Source: a virus (lineage: Duplodnaviria > Caudoviricetes). From it: DNA of 64,000 nt. Made by a program: the position numbers and the translations under genes. The DNA lies in IMG/VR virus record IMGVR_UViG_3300021255_000131, positions 32,001 to 96,000 of that record; one strand, 5' to 3'. The notes beneath the pieces were generated by a model. That model did not search any database, had not been told where the DNA came from, and saw nothing but the letters and a program-made list of their open reading frames with translations. The first letter of the stretch is position 1. Every line of letters starts with the position of its first letter. This document shows positions 18,658-27,832 of the stretch, one piece after another.

Positions 18658-21404
18658 ACTTCCTCCTTGCGGCGCAGACGTTCTTTGACTTTGCTGGCGC
18701 GTTTAACAAGCTTCCTGTGCTTCGCCTGGCATTCCGGGCAGCGCTTTTGCCGACCATTGAGCCGGTGGCACCACTTGCCGCACTCGACACAGGTGAAGAA
18801 CCCTTTGACTGCGGCGGAACAGCCGTGCTCTTCCGTCCAGACGGGCAGCTTTATGCCGCAGTGAACGCAGGTAACGCAAGTCATGAGATTCAGCTTGAGA
18901 TTGCGTAATGCAATGTCTCCAAACACACGCCAGAACATTTGCTTATGCGCGGCTTTATCTTTTCCGTCGCCGACGAACAGGGTGTACGCGATGGACGGAT
19001 ACGCGGCTTCAATGCTGCCGCACAGCTCAGTGAGCTTATCTGTAATCAGTTCTTTGAGCGCCTCATAGCCGAAGGCGTTGTACATTTCCATAACGTCCAT
19101 CATGGACGCTCCGTCAATTCTGGATTGCAGATTGCTGTCATCGAGCCGGGAAAAAAGTTCAACGGCTTCTGTGTTGATCTCCGTGACCGGAGCTTCCAGA
19201 AACATCTCGCCGTTGAAGGGTGGAACGCCTACTGCGTTTAAGTTGATGTTGCCGATATTATCAAATAAAGCGCAAAGCCTGTTCATGGTAGAATTGTTGG
19301 CTTTCGCGCACTGCTTCTTCTTTTTCGTCGTGTCTGCATGGCGGCCGTTCTTGGAGAACTGGAACCAGTAAGGCATCTTACCGTTCGGGCCGCCGATTGC
19401 TTTATTGATTTTCGCAGAGACTTCCGGATAATTGGTATAACCGTTGACGGAACCTGTTTTGGCCCCGTCGATCGTGAGATTGTTGAAGTAACACAAAAGC
19501 GCGGCAGACTGTAAATCAGGATGCGGTCTGTTCCAAAGCCTGGTCAGGGCGTTTGAAATCTGGCCGATGCCACTGTAGTCATGCGCGCGCTTGACCCCGT
19601 GAAACAATGTTTCAAGGGAAATCTGTTCGGACGCGGCCTTGGTCGCGTCATAGAACAGGGGAACGATATCATACTCTTGAATGTTTCGCTTGGCGTTGTC
19701 GATCAGAATACGGTCTGAGACAACGTTGAGCTGATCTCCGTCTACATCGAACTGAAGAATTCTTGATATCAGATCATGACAGCTGGTGTAAATGCCGTTC
19801 GTGTAAAACCACGAGGCGATTTCCGGATCGTGATTGACGGTGCGAATCGCATGCTCGTTGAAAAGATGCGGACTCCTTAGAACATCTACCTCGTCTACAT
19901 CCCTGAACGGACGGGCAAAGACTTCGCCGTTTTTCAACAAACCTTCCGGCTCCTTCTGACCGAGAAACCAGTATTGGCAAGCGGCATACAGATCCGGAAT
20001 GGCAAACAGGCGTTTGTTTTTACAGCGTATTTTGCCGGACTTGGCGTCGAGCGTCCAACGCTTTTTGATTGCCTTCAAAGACTCTCTGGAATAAGCTTCG
20101 CGCAACAGCTCCGGATATAAAGTAAGCGCCTGACGATACGGGACTTCCGAATAATCGTCGGCGCCGAGCGCGTGAAGCATGTGTTCCCGGTCGTTCGAGA
20201 GGCTTTTGATCCGATCGTAGGTAGGCCTGACAAACTCCTTCAGCTCATTCTGTGGAAAATTTTGAAGCGTTTGAATGAACTGATAGTTGAGCTCGCTGTT
20301 GCCAATGTACGCCTCTTCCATGTTGGTGCGGCCAAATGTACAGCCGCAGGTCTTGAAGAAGGATTTGTACTCATCCCAGCTGTCGTAGTACTTCCACAGC
20401 TTGAGTTGTGACTTGGTGAAGACGACCTGTATGTCTTCCGCGCGGAGATCGTGCATCTGACCCCAGACGTCTTTCAGCTTTGCCTCGCAGCCGTTTTCCT
20501 CGCAGAAGCGTAGAAAATTAAAACTGCACAATAGGCCCTTTAAAAATGGACCTCGTATCATGAAATTCCATCTGGATACAGAAGGCAGCATCATGCCCGC
20601 GCCGTCACAATGGTTGATAACGACGGTCCGTTCGCCGCGCTCGATGGTGTAATCCGGACTGATATAATCCATCAGGCCGGTGACGGGAGCTTCAAAGTCG
20701 TCCACGACGATGCAGCGGTCAATATCGAGCGGGTAAGGATCCGTTGCCGAGCATGGCAGGGCCAAATACGCCATGAGCTTACTCGTATTAATTCCACCCC
20801 GTTCGTTGATGCGCTCCCAGCTGAGGCCGCACATAATGCGCGGCTCGATTCTTGACCAGGCGTCGTCTGAGAGAAACTGCACCTTGTCCGTTCTGAGCTG
20901 GCCGGCCGAAGCCGTAGAAAAGCGATAGCGTTTGACGGAAACGGAGCCATCCTCGTTCAGCACAGACATATTAAAACCCTGAAGGATGATCTGTCTTAAG
21001 ATATCTTCTGATTTCCACTTGATGATAATCTTGTCGAAGGTGATGTCGTTTTCGTTCAGGCCGAGGGCGCGGGTTTCTTCTGATACGAACTCGGCGATGC
21101 GGCGGTTGGGTTTGAGCGTTTTCCACGTGACGCCCGGCGGGCGTTCTGGAAGCGTTGGATCGAGGACGGCGCTGAGATTCACCGTCCGGGGGACATGCTC
21201 GTGCGAAGCGATGAGCTTGGCGAGAGCGTTTTGCTGTACACGTTTTTCATTGACGATTTCCTGACGGTTAGGTACGGTATCATTCAGCATGCGTTTCAAA
21301 CGGGCGATGTTGAAGAAAATCACGCGCTCCTCGTCAGTCAGCAGATCGTACGTAGAGAAACTTGCGAGGCGGATTTGACTGCTCAGATAAGATTTGTTAC
21401 TCGT
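18633..21404 (-). CDS. YonO-like single-chain DNA-dependent RNA polymerase (RNAP-1)
   Basis: ASAGQLR, HCDGAGM..FMIR..KG, LNYQFIQTL, LRSPHL, LQFDVDGD (19734-19748), IDGAKT, C-terminal Zn ribbons; start uncertain (ACG 21404 vs ATG 21452). Confidence 0.88.
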   Translation of the reverse strand, partial: TSNKSYLSSQIRLASFSTYDLLTDEERVIFFNIARLKRMLNDTVPNRQEIVNEKRVQQNALAKLIASHEHVPRTVNLSAVLDPTLPERPPGVTWKTLKPNRRIAEFVSEETRALGLNENDITFDKIIIKWKSEDILRQIILQGFNMSVLNEDGSVSVKRYRFSTASAGQLRTDKVQFLSDDAWSRIEPRIMCGLSWERINERGGINTSKLMAYLALPCSATDPYPLDIDRCIVVDDFEAPVTGLMDYISPDYTIERGERTVVINHCDGAGMMLPSVSRWNFMIRGPFLKGLLCSFNFLRFCEENGCEAKLKDVWGQMHDLRAEDIQVVFTKSQLKLWKYYDSWDEYKSFFKTCGCTFGRTNMEEAYIGNSELNYQFIQTLQNFPQNELKEFVRPTYDRIKSLSNDREHMLHALGADDYSEVPYRQALTLYPELLREAYSRESLKAIKKRWTLDAKSGKIRCKNKRLFAIPDLYAACQYWFLGQKEPEGLLKNGEVFARPFRDVDEVDVLRSPHLFNEHAIRTVNHDPEIASWFYTNGIYTSCHDLISRILQFDVDGDQLNVVSDRILIDNAKRNIQEYDIVPLFYDATKAASEQISLETLFHGVKRAHDYSGIGQISNALTRLWNRPHPDLQSAALLCYFNNLTIDGAKTGSVNGYTNYPEVSAKINKAIGGPNGKMPYWFQFSKNGRHADTTKKKKQCAKANNSTMNRLCALFDNIGNINLNAVGVPPFNGEMFLEAPVTEINTEAVELFSRLDDSNLQSRIDGASMMDVMEMYNAFGYEALKELITDKLTELCGSIEAAYPSIAYTLFVGDGKDKAAHKQMFWRVFGDIALRNLKLNLMTCVTCVHCGIKLPVWTEEHGCSAAVKGFFTCVECGKWCHRLNGRQKRCPECQAKHRKLVKRASKVKERLRRKEEVCITTSPL

Positions 21405-21484
21405 GAAACCACCTCTTTTGAAAAGTAAAGCGGCATGTGCCGCTGGGTGCATCCGCGCTGACTTTTGCGCGGATGTAGGAAATA

Positions 21485-21680
21485 TTGAAAACCGGAGGCA
21501 TCGTCTCTAAGTTGTTCTACTCCGAGGATCGTTTCGGCGGTGGCTGCCACCAGGCGTAGCCTTGGTGGCAGCCTGAGCCGAAACGAGCCGAGAAATCGTA
21601 ATTTAAGACGAAGCTCCTGATGACATCAAGAGTGCTAAACCCGCAGGTAAAGCCAGTGCACGATGCCTCCGGTTGTTCAA
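21485..21680 (-). ncRNA. retron-like msr-msd ncRNA
   Basis: 15-bp perfect inverted repeat 21490-21504/21660-21674, unpaired G right after the 5' arm (21659), short stem-loop, long hairpin 21529-21586. Confidence 0.7.
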
Positions 21681-22832
21681 TCAGTTTGCATAACGCAATG
21701 CTTGTTTAATCATTACGTTTTTGTCGTACCACCAGATGTGAAACTTCCCTTTGGTATGATCGAACACATGCTTGGTGAATTCTGGTTCGATATAGCTGTA
21801 GTAGCTCCAGCGGCCGATGAAAGATTTGACCCAATCTTTTGACAGCGTTCCGCGGAAATTCTTGACGAAGTTGTACATATCCGCTTTGAAGAGCCGTTTC
21901 ACCTGATGGCCGATGGTGATCTTGTGATCGGCGTTCAGCATGTAGCCGAGATTCCAGTTCGCGCCTTTGATGCTGCCATATCTGGTCTTTTTGCTGTTCA
22001 GTTTATAAGGATAGCCCAGCCTGAACAGGAGACCAAGGACATCGTGGTGGATGATGTATTGTTTGACGTGGCTGAAGTCGCCATAGCCTGAGATCAGACA
22101 ATCGTCCGCGTAGCGGGTGTAGACATAGCCCGATCCCAGGACCCTGGTCAGCTCATAATCAAATGGGATCATGATCAGATTGGTGAGCATGGGGGAAAGC
22201 GTTGTGCCCTGCGGCAAACCGCCACGCAGGAACGCGTAGCTCAACGCCTTTTCGAGCTTTGCTTTTCTGGCCGGATCCTGCATAAATGTATTGAACGGCC
22301 AAATTGCGCCCAGAATATTCATGACTGTCGCGAGCGAAGTCGAGCCAAAGAAATCATGAAAATCGGTCTTCAGGAAGTAACTGCTGTTCTGATGCCGCTG
22401 GATGCACTTGTAGGTGTTGCGATAGCGGACGTAAGCGTAGGCCGCGCTGTGATACAGCGCGAAGAACCGCCTGCGGAGAATTTTCTCGATTTCTTCATGA
22501 ACTTTTCTGAGCTCAGGCTTGGGATCATCGATGGGCCTGACGCCGCCGGAACGCTTTGGGATGGTGTAATGCTTGTACCAGCTTTCCGGATCGCCGGTGA
22601 CGGTTTTCTCCGCCAGATCGATCACGGCGTCGAGCGCGGTCTCGGCCGCTTCCGCGTCAAAAAGGTAGGAGAATTCCTGCGGGACGGTGTTGGTTTTGAT
22701 TGTTTTCGTCGCTGCGGAGCCGTACATGAAGTTGCTTTCAGCGCCCGGAATCTCAGGATCAGTGTCCATCAGAAGAGACATGTATATTTGTTCTTCGTTT
22801 GTTTTGCCAAAGAGGCGCCGCGTAATGTACAT
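21681..22832 (-). CDS. reverse transcriptase, retron-like
   Basis: IPKRSGGVRPI, AYAY, KTDFHDFF, GLPQGTTLSP, YTRYADD, LNSKKT, NLG in place of VTG. Confidence 0.9.
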   Translation of the reverse strand: MYITRRLFGKTNEEQIYMSLLMDTDPEIPGAESNFMYGSAATKTIKTNTVPQEFSYLFDAEAAETALDAVIDLAEKTVTGDPESWYKHYTIPKRSGGVRPIDDPKPELRKVHEEIEKILRRRFFALYHSAAYAYVRYRNTYKCIQRHQNSSYFLKTDFHDFFGSTSLATVMNILGAIWPFNTFMQDPARKAKLEKALSYAFLRGGLPQGTTLSPMLTNLIMIPFDYELTRVLGSGYVYTRYADDCLISGYGDFSHVKQYIIHHDVLGLLFRLGYPYKLNSKKTRYGSIKGANWNLGYMLNADHKITIGHQVKRLFKADMYNFVKNFRGTLSKDWVKSFIGRWSYYSYIEPEFTKHVFDHTKGKFHIWWYDKNVMIKQALRYAN

Positions 22833-22842
22833 TTTAACTCCT

Positions 22843-23514
22843 TTACAGGGCGAGAACGTCCCAGGTTTCCGTATTGATCAGGATGGTTTTCTTGATGGTT
22901 TTCTTCTTGACGAAGTCAAGAAAGTTGACGACGCCGCAGGTGACGATCATACGAACGGTGGCGGCGACGCCCAGTGTGACGCGGCACGCGGACATCGGCG
23001 TCTCCTGTGCCGCTTCCTCATGCGTGAATTGCATTGAAGCGATGAACGCTTCTTTCTGCTTTTCATTAGACCAGTCCGCCGCGTAATGCTGCGCGTCGGT
23101 CAGGCGTGTTCTGAAATCGAACATAGCCTTGATGAACGGATTGCTCTTGTTCTCTTCAGCAATCTTACGGCGCAGCTCGATATTATCAACGCAGAGGAAG
23201 ACATAGCCGCTCAGCTTCTGATTGGTGTAGCCTTTGTCCGCGACGCGCAGAGATTCCGCGATTTCCGGGTTAATGGCCACAAGATGATCAGCCAGGGCTG
23301 TCACCTTTTCTTTGCCGATGTCCGCCGAAGTAAACATCTGGTTAACGATGTTCTTGGGCTCAACGTAATCGAAATCATAGAGCGTGATGTCCTTGAGCCC
23401 GTAACGAACAAGCAGCTCCGCAAGCGTAGAGCCTACGGAGCCGCAGCCGATGATATGGATACGGCCTTCCGCCATGGAAGGCTGAAAGAAGTCATAGCTT
23501 TTCGACAGATCCAT
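22843..23514 (-). CDS. ThiF/E1-like adenylyltransferase
   Basis: IIGCGSVGS, DFDYVEPKNIVNQ, IGKEK, LCVDN, candidate catalytic Cys in TPMSAC. Confidence 0.9.
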   Translation of the reverse strand: MDLSKSYDFFQPSMAEGRIHIIGCGSVGSTLAELLVRYGLKDITLYDFDYVEPKNIVNQMFTSADIGKEKVTALADHLVAINPEIAESLRVADKGYTNQKLSGYVFLCVDNIELRRKIAEENKSNPFIKAMFDFRTRLTDAQHYAADWSNEKQKEAFIASMQFTHEEAAQETPMSACRVTLGVAATVRMIVTCGVVNFLDFVKKKTIKKTILINTETWDVLAL

Positions 23515-24344
23515 TACGAATAACTCCTTCCGTACGGATAGCCGCGACCGTAAGGCGCCGTGCCATCGTCAAAAAGATCGTCGTAATCTTCGTACGGGTC
23601 CTCAGCGGCCTTTTTTTGCTTTTCCTTTTCCTTTTTCTCTTTCTTTCCGCCGTTGATAACCGTACCTGTAAAGACCGTTTTTTTAACCCTGGCCTGCGCG
23701 GCCTGAATGAAACTCGTTTTGGTGTAGGTGTTGTCCGTGCCGCCGTAGTCGAACACGATGGAGAGATCGATATCCTTCGTTTCATACATGACGTTGTTCG
23801 GGATATCGTAGATAGCGCTGCTGATTTCACCCTTCTTGTTCCAGATCTGGAAAATCCAGGCTTTATCAGGATCAGACGCCTTCATCAGATTCGCTCGGTG
23901 CGTCATATCGGTCGAGGAAGGGAACACGGCCATATTGACATGACTGTGACCGTGAAAGAACATATGATCCGCCTGGTCCTGTGTGAGATGCTGCAGGAAC
24001 ATCGGGTAGCTGTTTTCGCCCTCGTAGACGGTGTTGACGGTCGTGCCGGTCACCTCCTGATCGTACACGAGGACGTCGTAGACGAGCCAGGTTCTGTCGC
24101 TGGTCTTGCGTACCAGGGCGTGCCAGCCGACCTCAGAATCGAATTTCTGAACGAGCAGCAGCATCTTGATGTACGCTTCCGCGGAATATGAGATGGTGGC
24201 GCGTTCTTCCGGCAGCGCGTCGCGGGACGCGAAGCTACGGGTGAAGGTGAAGTGTCCGTCGGACAGACGAGCCGTCTCGAGCTCCTTCAGGAACTCCTGT
24301 CTCATTTTCTCTTTATCGGCTTCGGTAATTGTAATCGGTTTCAT
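23514..24344 (-). CDS. JAB/MPN+ metallopeptidase
   Basis: EVGWH...HGHSHVNMAVFPSSTD (E...HSH-x7-S-xx-D). Confidence 0.88.
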   Translation of the reverse strand: MKPITITEADKEKMRQEFLKELETARLSDGHFTFTRSFASRDALPEERATISYSAEAYIKMLLLVQKFDSEVGWHALVRKTSDRTWLVYDVLVYDQEVTGTTVNTVYEGENSYPMFLQHLTQDQADHMFFHGHSHVNMAVFPSSTDMTHRANLMKASDPDKAWIFQIWNKKGEISSAIYDIPNNVMYETKDIDLSIVFDYGGTDNTYTKTSFIQAAQARVKKTVFTGTVINGGKKEKKEKEKQKKAAEDPYEDYDDLFDDGTAPYGRGYPYGRSYS

Positions 24345-25693
24345 TTCTGCTCCTTCAGTTTCTCCAACGCTTCTTTTGCGTTATATTCGTTGCCGTCCTT
24401 GTCGATGAGGACTTTTTCTTTCTTGGTGGTGGCGAAGAGCCGCTTCATAAACGGGATAAAGGTGACGCCTGTCTCTGCCAGGTTGATAGACTGGCAGGAC
24501 GCGACGCACTGCTCAATGGCGCCGATATAGTTGCTGTTGCGGATCGCCGTTCTGATCGGGTCGCGGTAAGAACCGAGACACTGATGATATTGCAGATGCG
24601 GATTCGGAAGATACTGACGGGTCAGCTCTTCCGGATATTCGTAATTGCGGAAGACGGCCACGTCCGTGTTGAGCGCGTATATGGCGCACAGACGAATGCG
24701 GAAAACCGGATCATCCGAGAAGATCGCGTCCATCAGGAGTTTGCGGTCTTCTACCTTGCAGAAAGGCGGATCGGCGGTCATACGGTAGATAGAGCCGTTC
24801 GAGGAGGCACGGCGATAAAAGTCCAGGTCGAACCAGTCTGCGGTCGTCTTGACGTAGAATTTGATGGTGCCGTCGGAAACGTTGACAAGCTGAAGGTTCT
24901 TGTGCCGCTTGAAATAATCGACAAGCTCGGTGCTCTCGTTCTTCGGTCGGGCGAGCAGGGCTTCATATTTAATCGTCGCGTCGTTGACCTTCTGCACCAG
25001 GCGGGCGTATTCGGCGACATTATCTTCGAGCGCCGCCCGTGCGACCCGCAGGGTGTTGTTGGTTTCATCAATACTGCGTTCGAGCTCGACGTTGGCGAAG
25101 CGCTTAAGCAGGACTTCGTTCAGCTCGTTCTCAAGACCGGACTGACGGACCAGCTTCGCGATCATGGACTCGAAGTCTCCAGAGGTGCGCTTGGTCATGG
25201 AGAAGCATAACTTCTTCTCGTCATCGGTCAGCGGCTTTTCATCAAATGGCGTTTTGATAAACAGCGGGAGCAGCGACATAAGCATGTGCGTCTTGCGGGT
25301 ATCGAGCTCCTGCGAGAAGACGACCGCGCTGTTGATATCATGGTTGACGAAGATCTGGCAGCTCAGCCATTTCGAAAGATAGTTTTCGGCCTTTTCGAGC
25401 TTGGTGTAGGCGGGATGCGACGCGGCGAACGAATCGTCGGTCGTGTGAACGATATTGAAGGATTTCGGCAGCTGCGTGTCCGGGATCGGCCACGACTCCT
25501 TAATGCTTCTGAGGGTCAGGGTTTCGTCTTCCGGCAGCCTGTTAAACAAAAGAATCCTTGCCGTCGCGAGGCATGTGCTATCATCCGAATCGAACGGGTA
25601 ATGTTTATCGACGCTGATTCTGCTGAGGATTCCGTGTTCGTTGCCGAACGTGTCGGTCAGGCCGCGGACGGTATTGAATGTTGCGCTGAACAT
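24341..25693 (-). CDS. coiled-coil protein with putative C-terminal prokaryotic E2-like domain
   Basis: LPNPHLQYHQCLG motif resembles E2 HPN..C; position between Ubl and JAB/E1. Confidence 0.55.
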   Translation of the reverse strand: MFSATFNTVRGLTDTFGNEHGILSRISVDKHYPFDSDDSTCLATARILLFNRLPEDETLTLRSIKESWPIPDTQLPKSFNIVHTTDDSFAASHPAYTKLEKAENYLSKWLSCQIFVNHDINSAVVFSQELDTRKTHMLMSLLPLFIKTPFDEKPLTDDEKKLCFSMTKRTSGDFESMIAKLVRQSGLENELNEVLLKRFANVELERSIDETNNTLRVARAALEDNVAEYARLVQKVNDATIKYEALLARPKNESTELVDYFKRHKNLQLVNVSDGTIKFYVKTTADWFDLDFYRRASSNGSIYRMTADPPFCKVEDRKLLMDAIFSDDPVFRIRLCAIYALNTDVAVFRNYEYPEELTRQYLPNPHLQYHQCLGSYRDPIRTAIRNSNYIGAIEQCVASCQSINLAETGVTFIPFMKRLFATTKKEKVLIDKDGNEYNAKEALEKLKEQK

Positions 25694-25714
25694 AGTTACT
25701 CCTTTTGTTTAAGA

Positions 25715-25741
25715 GGCTGCCGCGAGTAAACCGCGGCAGCC
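25715..25741 (-). terminator. stem-loop between Ubl and E2-like genes
   Basis: ggctgccgcg-agtaaac-cgcggcagcc. Confidence 0.55.
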
Positions 25742-25749
25742 CTGAATGA

Positions 25750-26364
25750 TTACTGAATGGTGATGAAGCCCTTGATCTTCTCCTGATCCGCGTGGATGGA
25801 CGCGACGGCGTCAGCGAAGTTCTCCTCGATCTTGTTCAGATAGAGCAGGCCCATGCCGATCTTGTCGGTCAGCTGGGCTTCGATATCATTGTCGCGGTCG
25901 ACGCACATTGTGATGGTGGCGTAGCCTTCCTGGTTCGTGGCCTCGGAGAAGGTGGCGCCCTTATCGTTGATAGAGCCGGAGGAGCGGGTGGTCACGTCGA
26001 TGCCGAAGAGCTGCTCGTTCTTCTTATCGTCCTTGTAGAGCTTCAGAGCCTCGGGGCGATACTTCTTCGCGAGCTGAATATCCTCGAGCTTCAGCGCGGA
26101 GGTGACGACAGCGGCTTCACCGATAACGGTCACGGTGGCGGCGTTATCCGCCTTCACGACGACGGACAGGTAGCAGGCATCCTCGATACCGTGCTGCGCG
26201 AATGTCTTATCGAGATCGCCGGGACGCAGGGAGCATCCGTCGATCTGGGTCATGCCGACGGAATAGTTGACGCGGTTCTCGTCGAGAACTTCGCGGACGG
26301 TGGCGTCTTCAGAAACGTTGATGGTTTTGCGGCCGGAATTGGTGATGAGGGTGATCTGGATCAT
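25750..26364 (-). CDS. ubiquitin-like (beta-grasp) domain fused to a C-terminal domain
   Basis: MIQITLITNSGRKTINVSEDATVREVL...IDGCSL..GDLDKTFAQHGI...YLSVVVKADNA; SD AAAGGAG before ATG 26364. Confidence 0.75.
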   Translation of the reverse strand: MIQITLITNSGRKTINVSEDATVREVLDENRVNYSVGMTQIDGCSLRPGDLDKTFAQHGIEDACYLSVVVKADNAATVTVIGEAAVVTSALKLEDIQLAKKYRPEALKLYKDDKKNEQLFGIDVTTRSSGSINDKGATFSEATNQEGYATITMCVDRDNDIEAQLTDKIGMGLLYLNKIEENFADAVASIHADQEKIKGFITIQ

Positions 26365-26562
26365 TGTGTTTTCTCCTTTTTTTGATCGATAGTGAATTAA
26401 TTTGATTTTTTGTGCGGCAAAATACACCGCGCGGCAACAATACGCGCCGCCAAAAATATATGTGGTTGTTCAGATGATGGTCAGGCGCTCGGGCCGGCTC
26501 TCACCTTAATCATGCGCTGCCTCCTTTCCTGTTGGCATAAAGATATAAACGGAACGCTCCGT

Positions 26563-26895
26563 TTACAGCAATGAAAGAAATTCCGCGGGATCCGCTTCGA
26601 GCTCGTTCATTTCCGACTCCGAAAGCAGCATCCAGTCTGCCCAGTTGTATGCCCGGTTGAACTGTTTTCTGTGTTCCTCGTTCGGGTCGATGCACGACAA
26701 TGTGTAGGTTCTGGCATTTTTATACGTTATCTCGCATTTGTATCCCGCGAAAGTTGTCATTTCCGGAACAACGGATGGGCTGCGATGGGATTCGATGATA
26801 TCCGGATGGATATAGACGACGCTGCCCTCTTTAAAAAGTTTGGTGCCCTCTCTCTCCTTGCATCTTTGATTTGCAAGTCCTTCAAAGTTGAGCAT
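26563..26895 (-). CDS. small SH3/KOW-like family protein
   Basis: FKEGSVVYI...WADWML...EFLSLL. Confidence 0.65.
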   Translation of the reverse strand: MLNFEGLANQRCKEREGTKLFKEGSVVYIHPDIIESHRSPSVVPEMTTFAGYKCEITYKNARTYTLSCIDPNEEHRKQFNRAYNWADWMLLSESEMNELEADPAEFLSLL

Positions 26896-26896
26896 A

Positions 26897-27103
26897 TCAG
26901 CCTCCGAGCATTTGAAAATGCTTCTTCTCTGTCGTCGTGTCTTCCGGCACCTTTCTGAGCTGCGAGGCGCGGAAGTATCGCTTTCCTCCCAACTGGTTGC
27001 GGCAGGTGTAATAAACGTCTCCGTCCTGTCCGGTGTCTATGACCTCGTAAATGTCACCGGTGGCCACGTATAAAACCGCATCTCCGTTCTGATACCTTCT
27101 CAT
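26897..27103 (-). CDS. small SH3/KOW-like family protein
   Basis: YQNGDAV...HFQMLGG. Confidence 0.55.
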   Translation of the reverse strand: MRRYQNGDAVLYVATGDIYEVIDTGQDGDVYYTCRNQLGGKRYFRASQLRKVPEDTTTEKKHFQMLGG

Positions 27104-27387
27104 ACAAGCATTCCTTCAAATTCTTCGGCCGTGACGGGGTCTTCCGTTTCCGGTGGGACAAACATGTAATCGGCCCAGTAAAACGGGCATTCCTCGAGCG
27201 TGTATGAATCCGGATGCACGTGTTGAATGGTCATTTCCTGGCCTCGGTAGTCGAGCATATCGCTGACGACGGACGGACCAAAATCGAGATCGTCGGTCAG
27301 GTCCGTTCTGACGACAACTTTATCGCCGACCTGAAACAGATCGGCATTGGCATGTTCCAAACAATATTCATCTGTCAATTCAGGCAT
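27100..27387 (-). CDS. small SH3/KOW-like family protein
   Basis: FQVGDKVVVR...WADYMF...EEFEGMLV. Confidence 0.7.
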   Translation of the reverse strand: MPELTDEYCLEHANADLFQVGDKVVVRTDLTDDLDFGPSVVSDMLDYRGQEMTIQHVHPDSYTLEECPFYWADYMFVPPETEDPVTAEEFEGMLV

Positions 27388-27444
27388 ATTTGCTCCTTCA
27401 TGAATCGTGTTGTTAGAAAAGATCTCCTTCGTGATATCCGGCGT

Positions 27445-27741
27445 TCACAGCAGCATGGCTTCAAACTCAGTCATGGAAACGTCTTCTTCGGGCGGTACCA
27501 GCATATAATCCTGCCAGTAGTAGGTTCGTATACGACAATCTTCGCCGCTCAGACGATAATAGACACCCTTTCTCTGGGCGACGAAGGCTGGTTGTCCCGA
27601 CAACTCGGTCATTAGCTCAGTGACGACCTTGCCATACGGCATCCTTTTTATCAGGTCCGGTCTGATGACAACGGCGTCTCCGACCTGAAACCATTCCGCT
27701 TTGCAGTGCGCTTGACAATAATCCGGTGTTAATTTTTCCAT
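27445..27741 (-). CDS. small SH3/KOW-like family protein
   Basis: FQVGDAVVIR...WQDYML...EFEAMLL. Confidence 0.7.
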   Translation of the reverse strand: MEKLTPDYCQAHCKAEWFQVGDAVVIRPDLIKRMPYGKVVTELMTELSGQPAFVAQRKGVYYRLSGEDCRIRTYYWQDYMLVPPEEDVSMTEFEAMLL

Positions 27742-27755
27742 TGTTACCTCCGAAA

Positions 27756-27829
27756 TAGGGCTTCTTGGACTCGAACCAAGGACCTGCGCTTTATAAGAGC
27801 GCTGCTCTGACCTGCTGAGCTAAAGCCCC
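27756..27829 (-). tRNA. tRNA-Ile(TAT)
   Basis: GGGGCTT acceptor, AGCTCAG D-arm, gcgct-CTTATAA-agcgc anticodon arm, GGTTCGAGTCC; no encoded CCA. Confidence 0.85.
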
Positions 27830-27832
27830 GGA

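Noticed and set aside
21681-22832. RT as part of a diversity-generating retroelement or group II intron
   Set aside because: Motif is QGTTLSP, not the DGR-type ...SQ; no TR/VR repeat pair or Avd seen; no maturase domain or intron ends; adjacent RNA fits retron architecture
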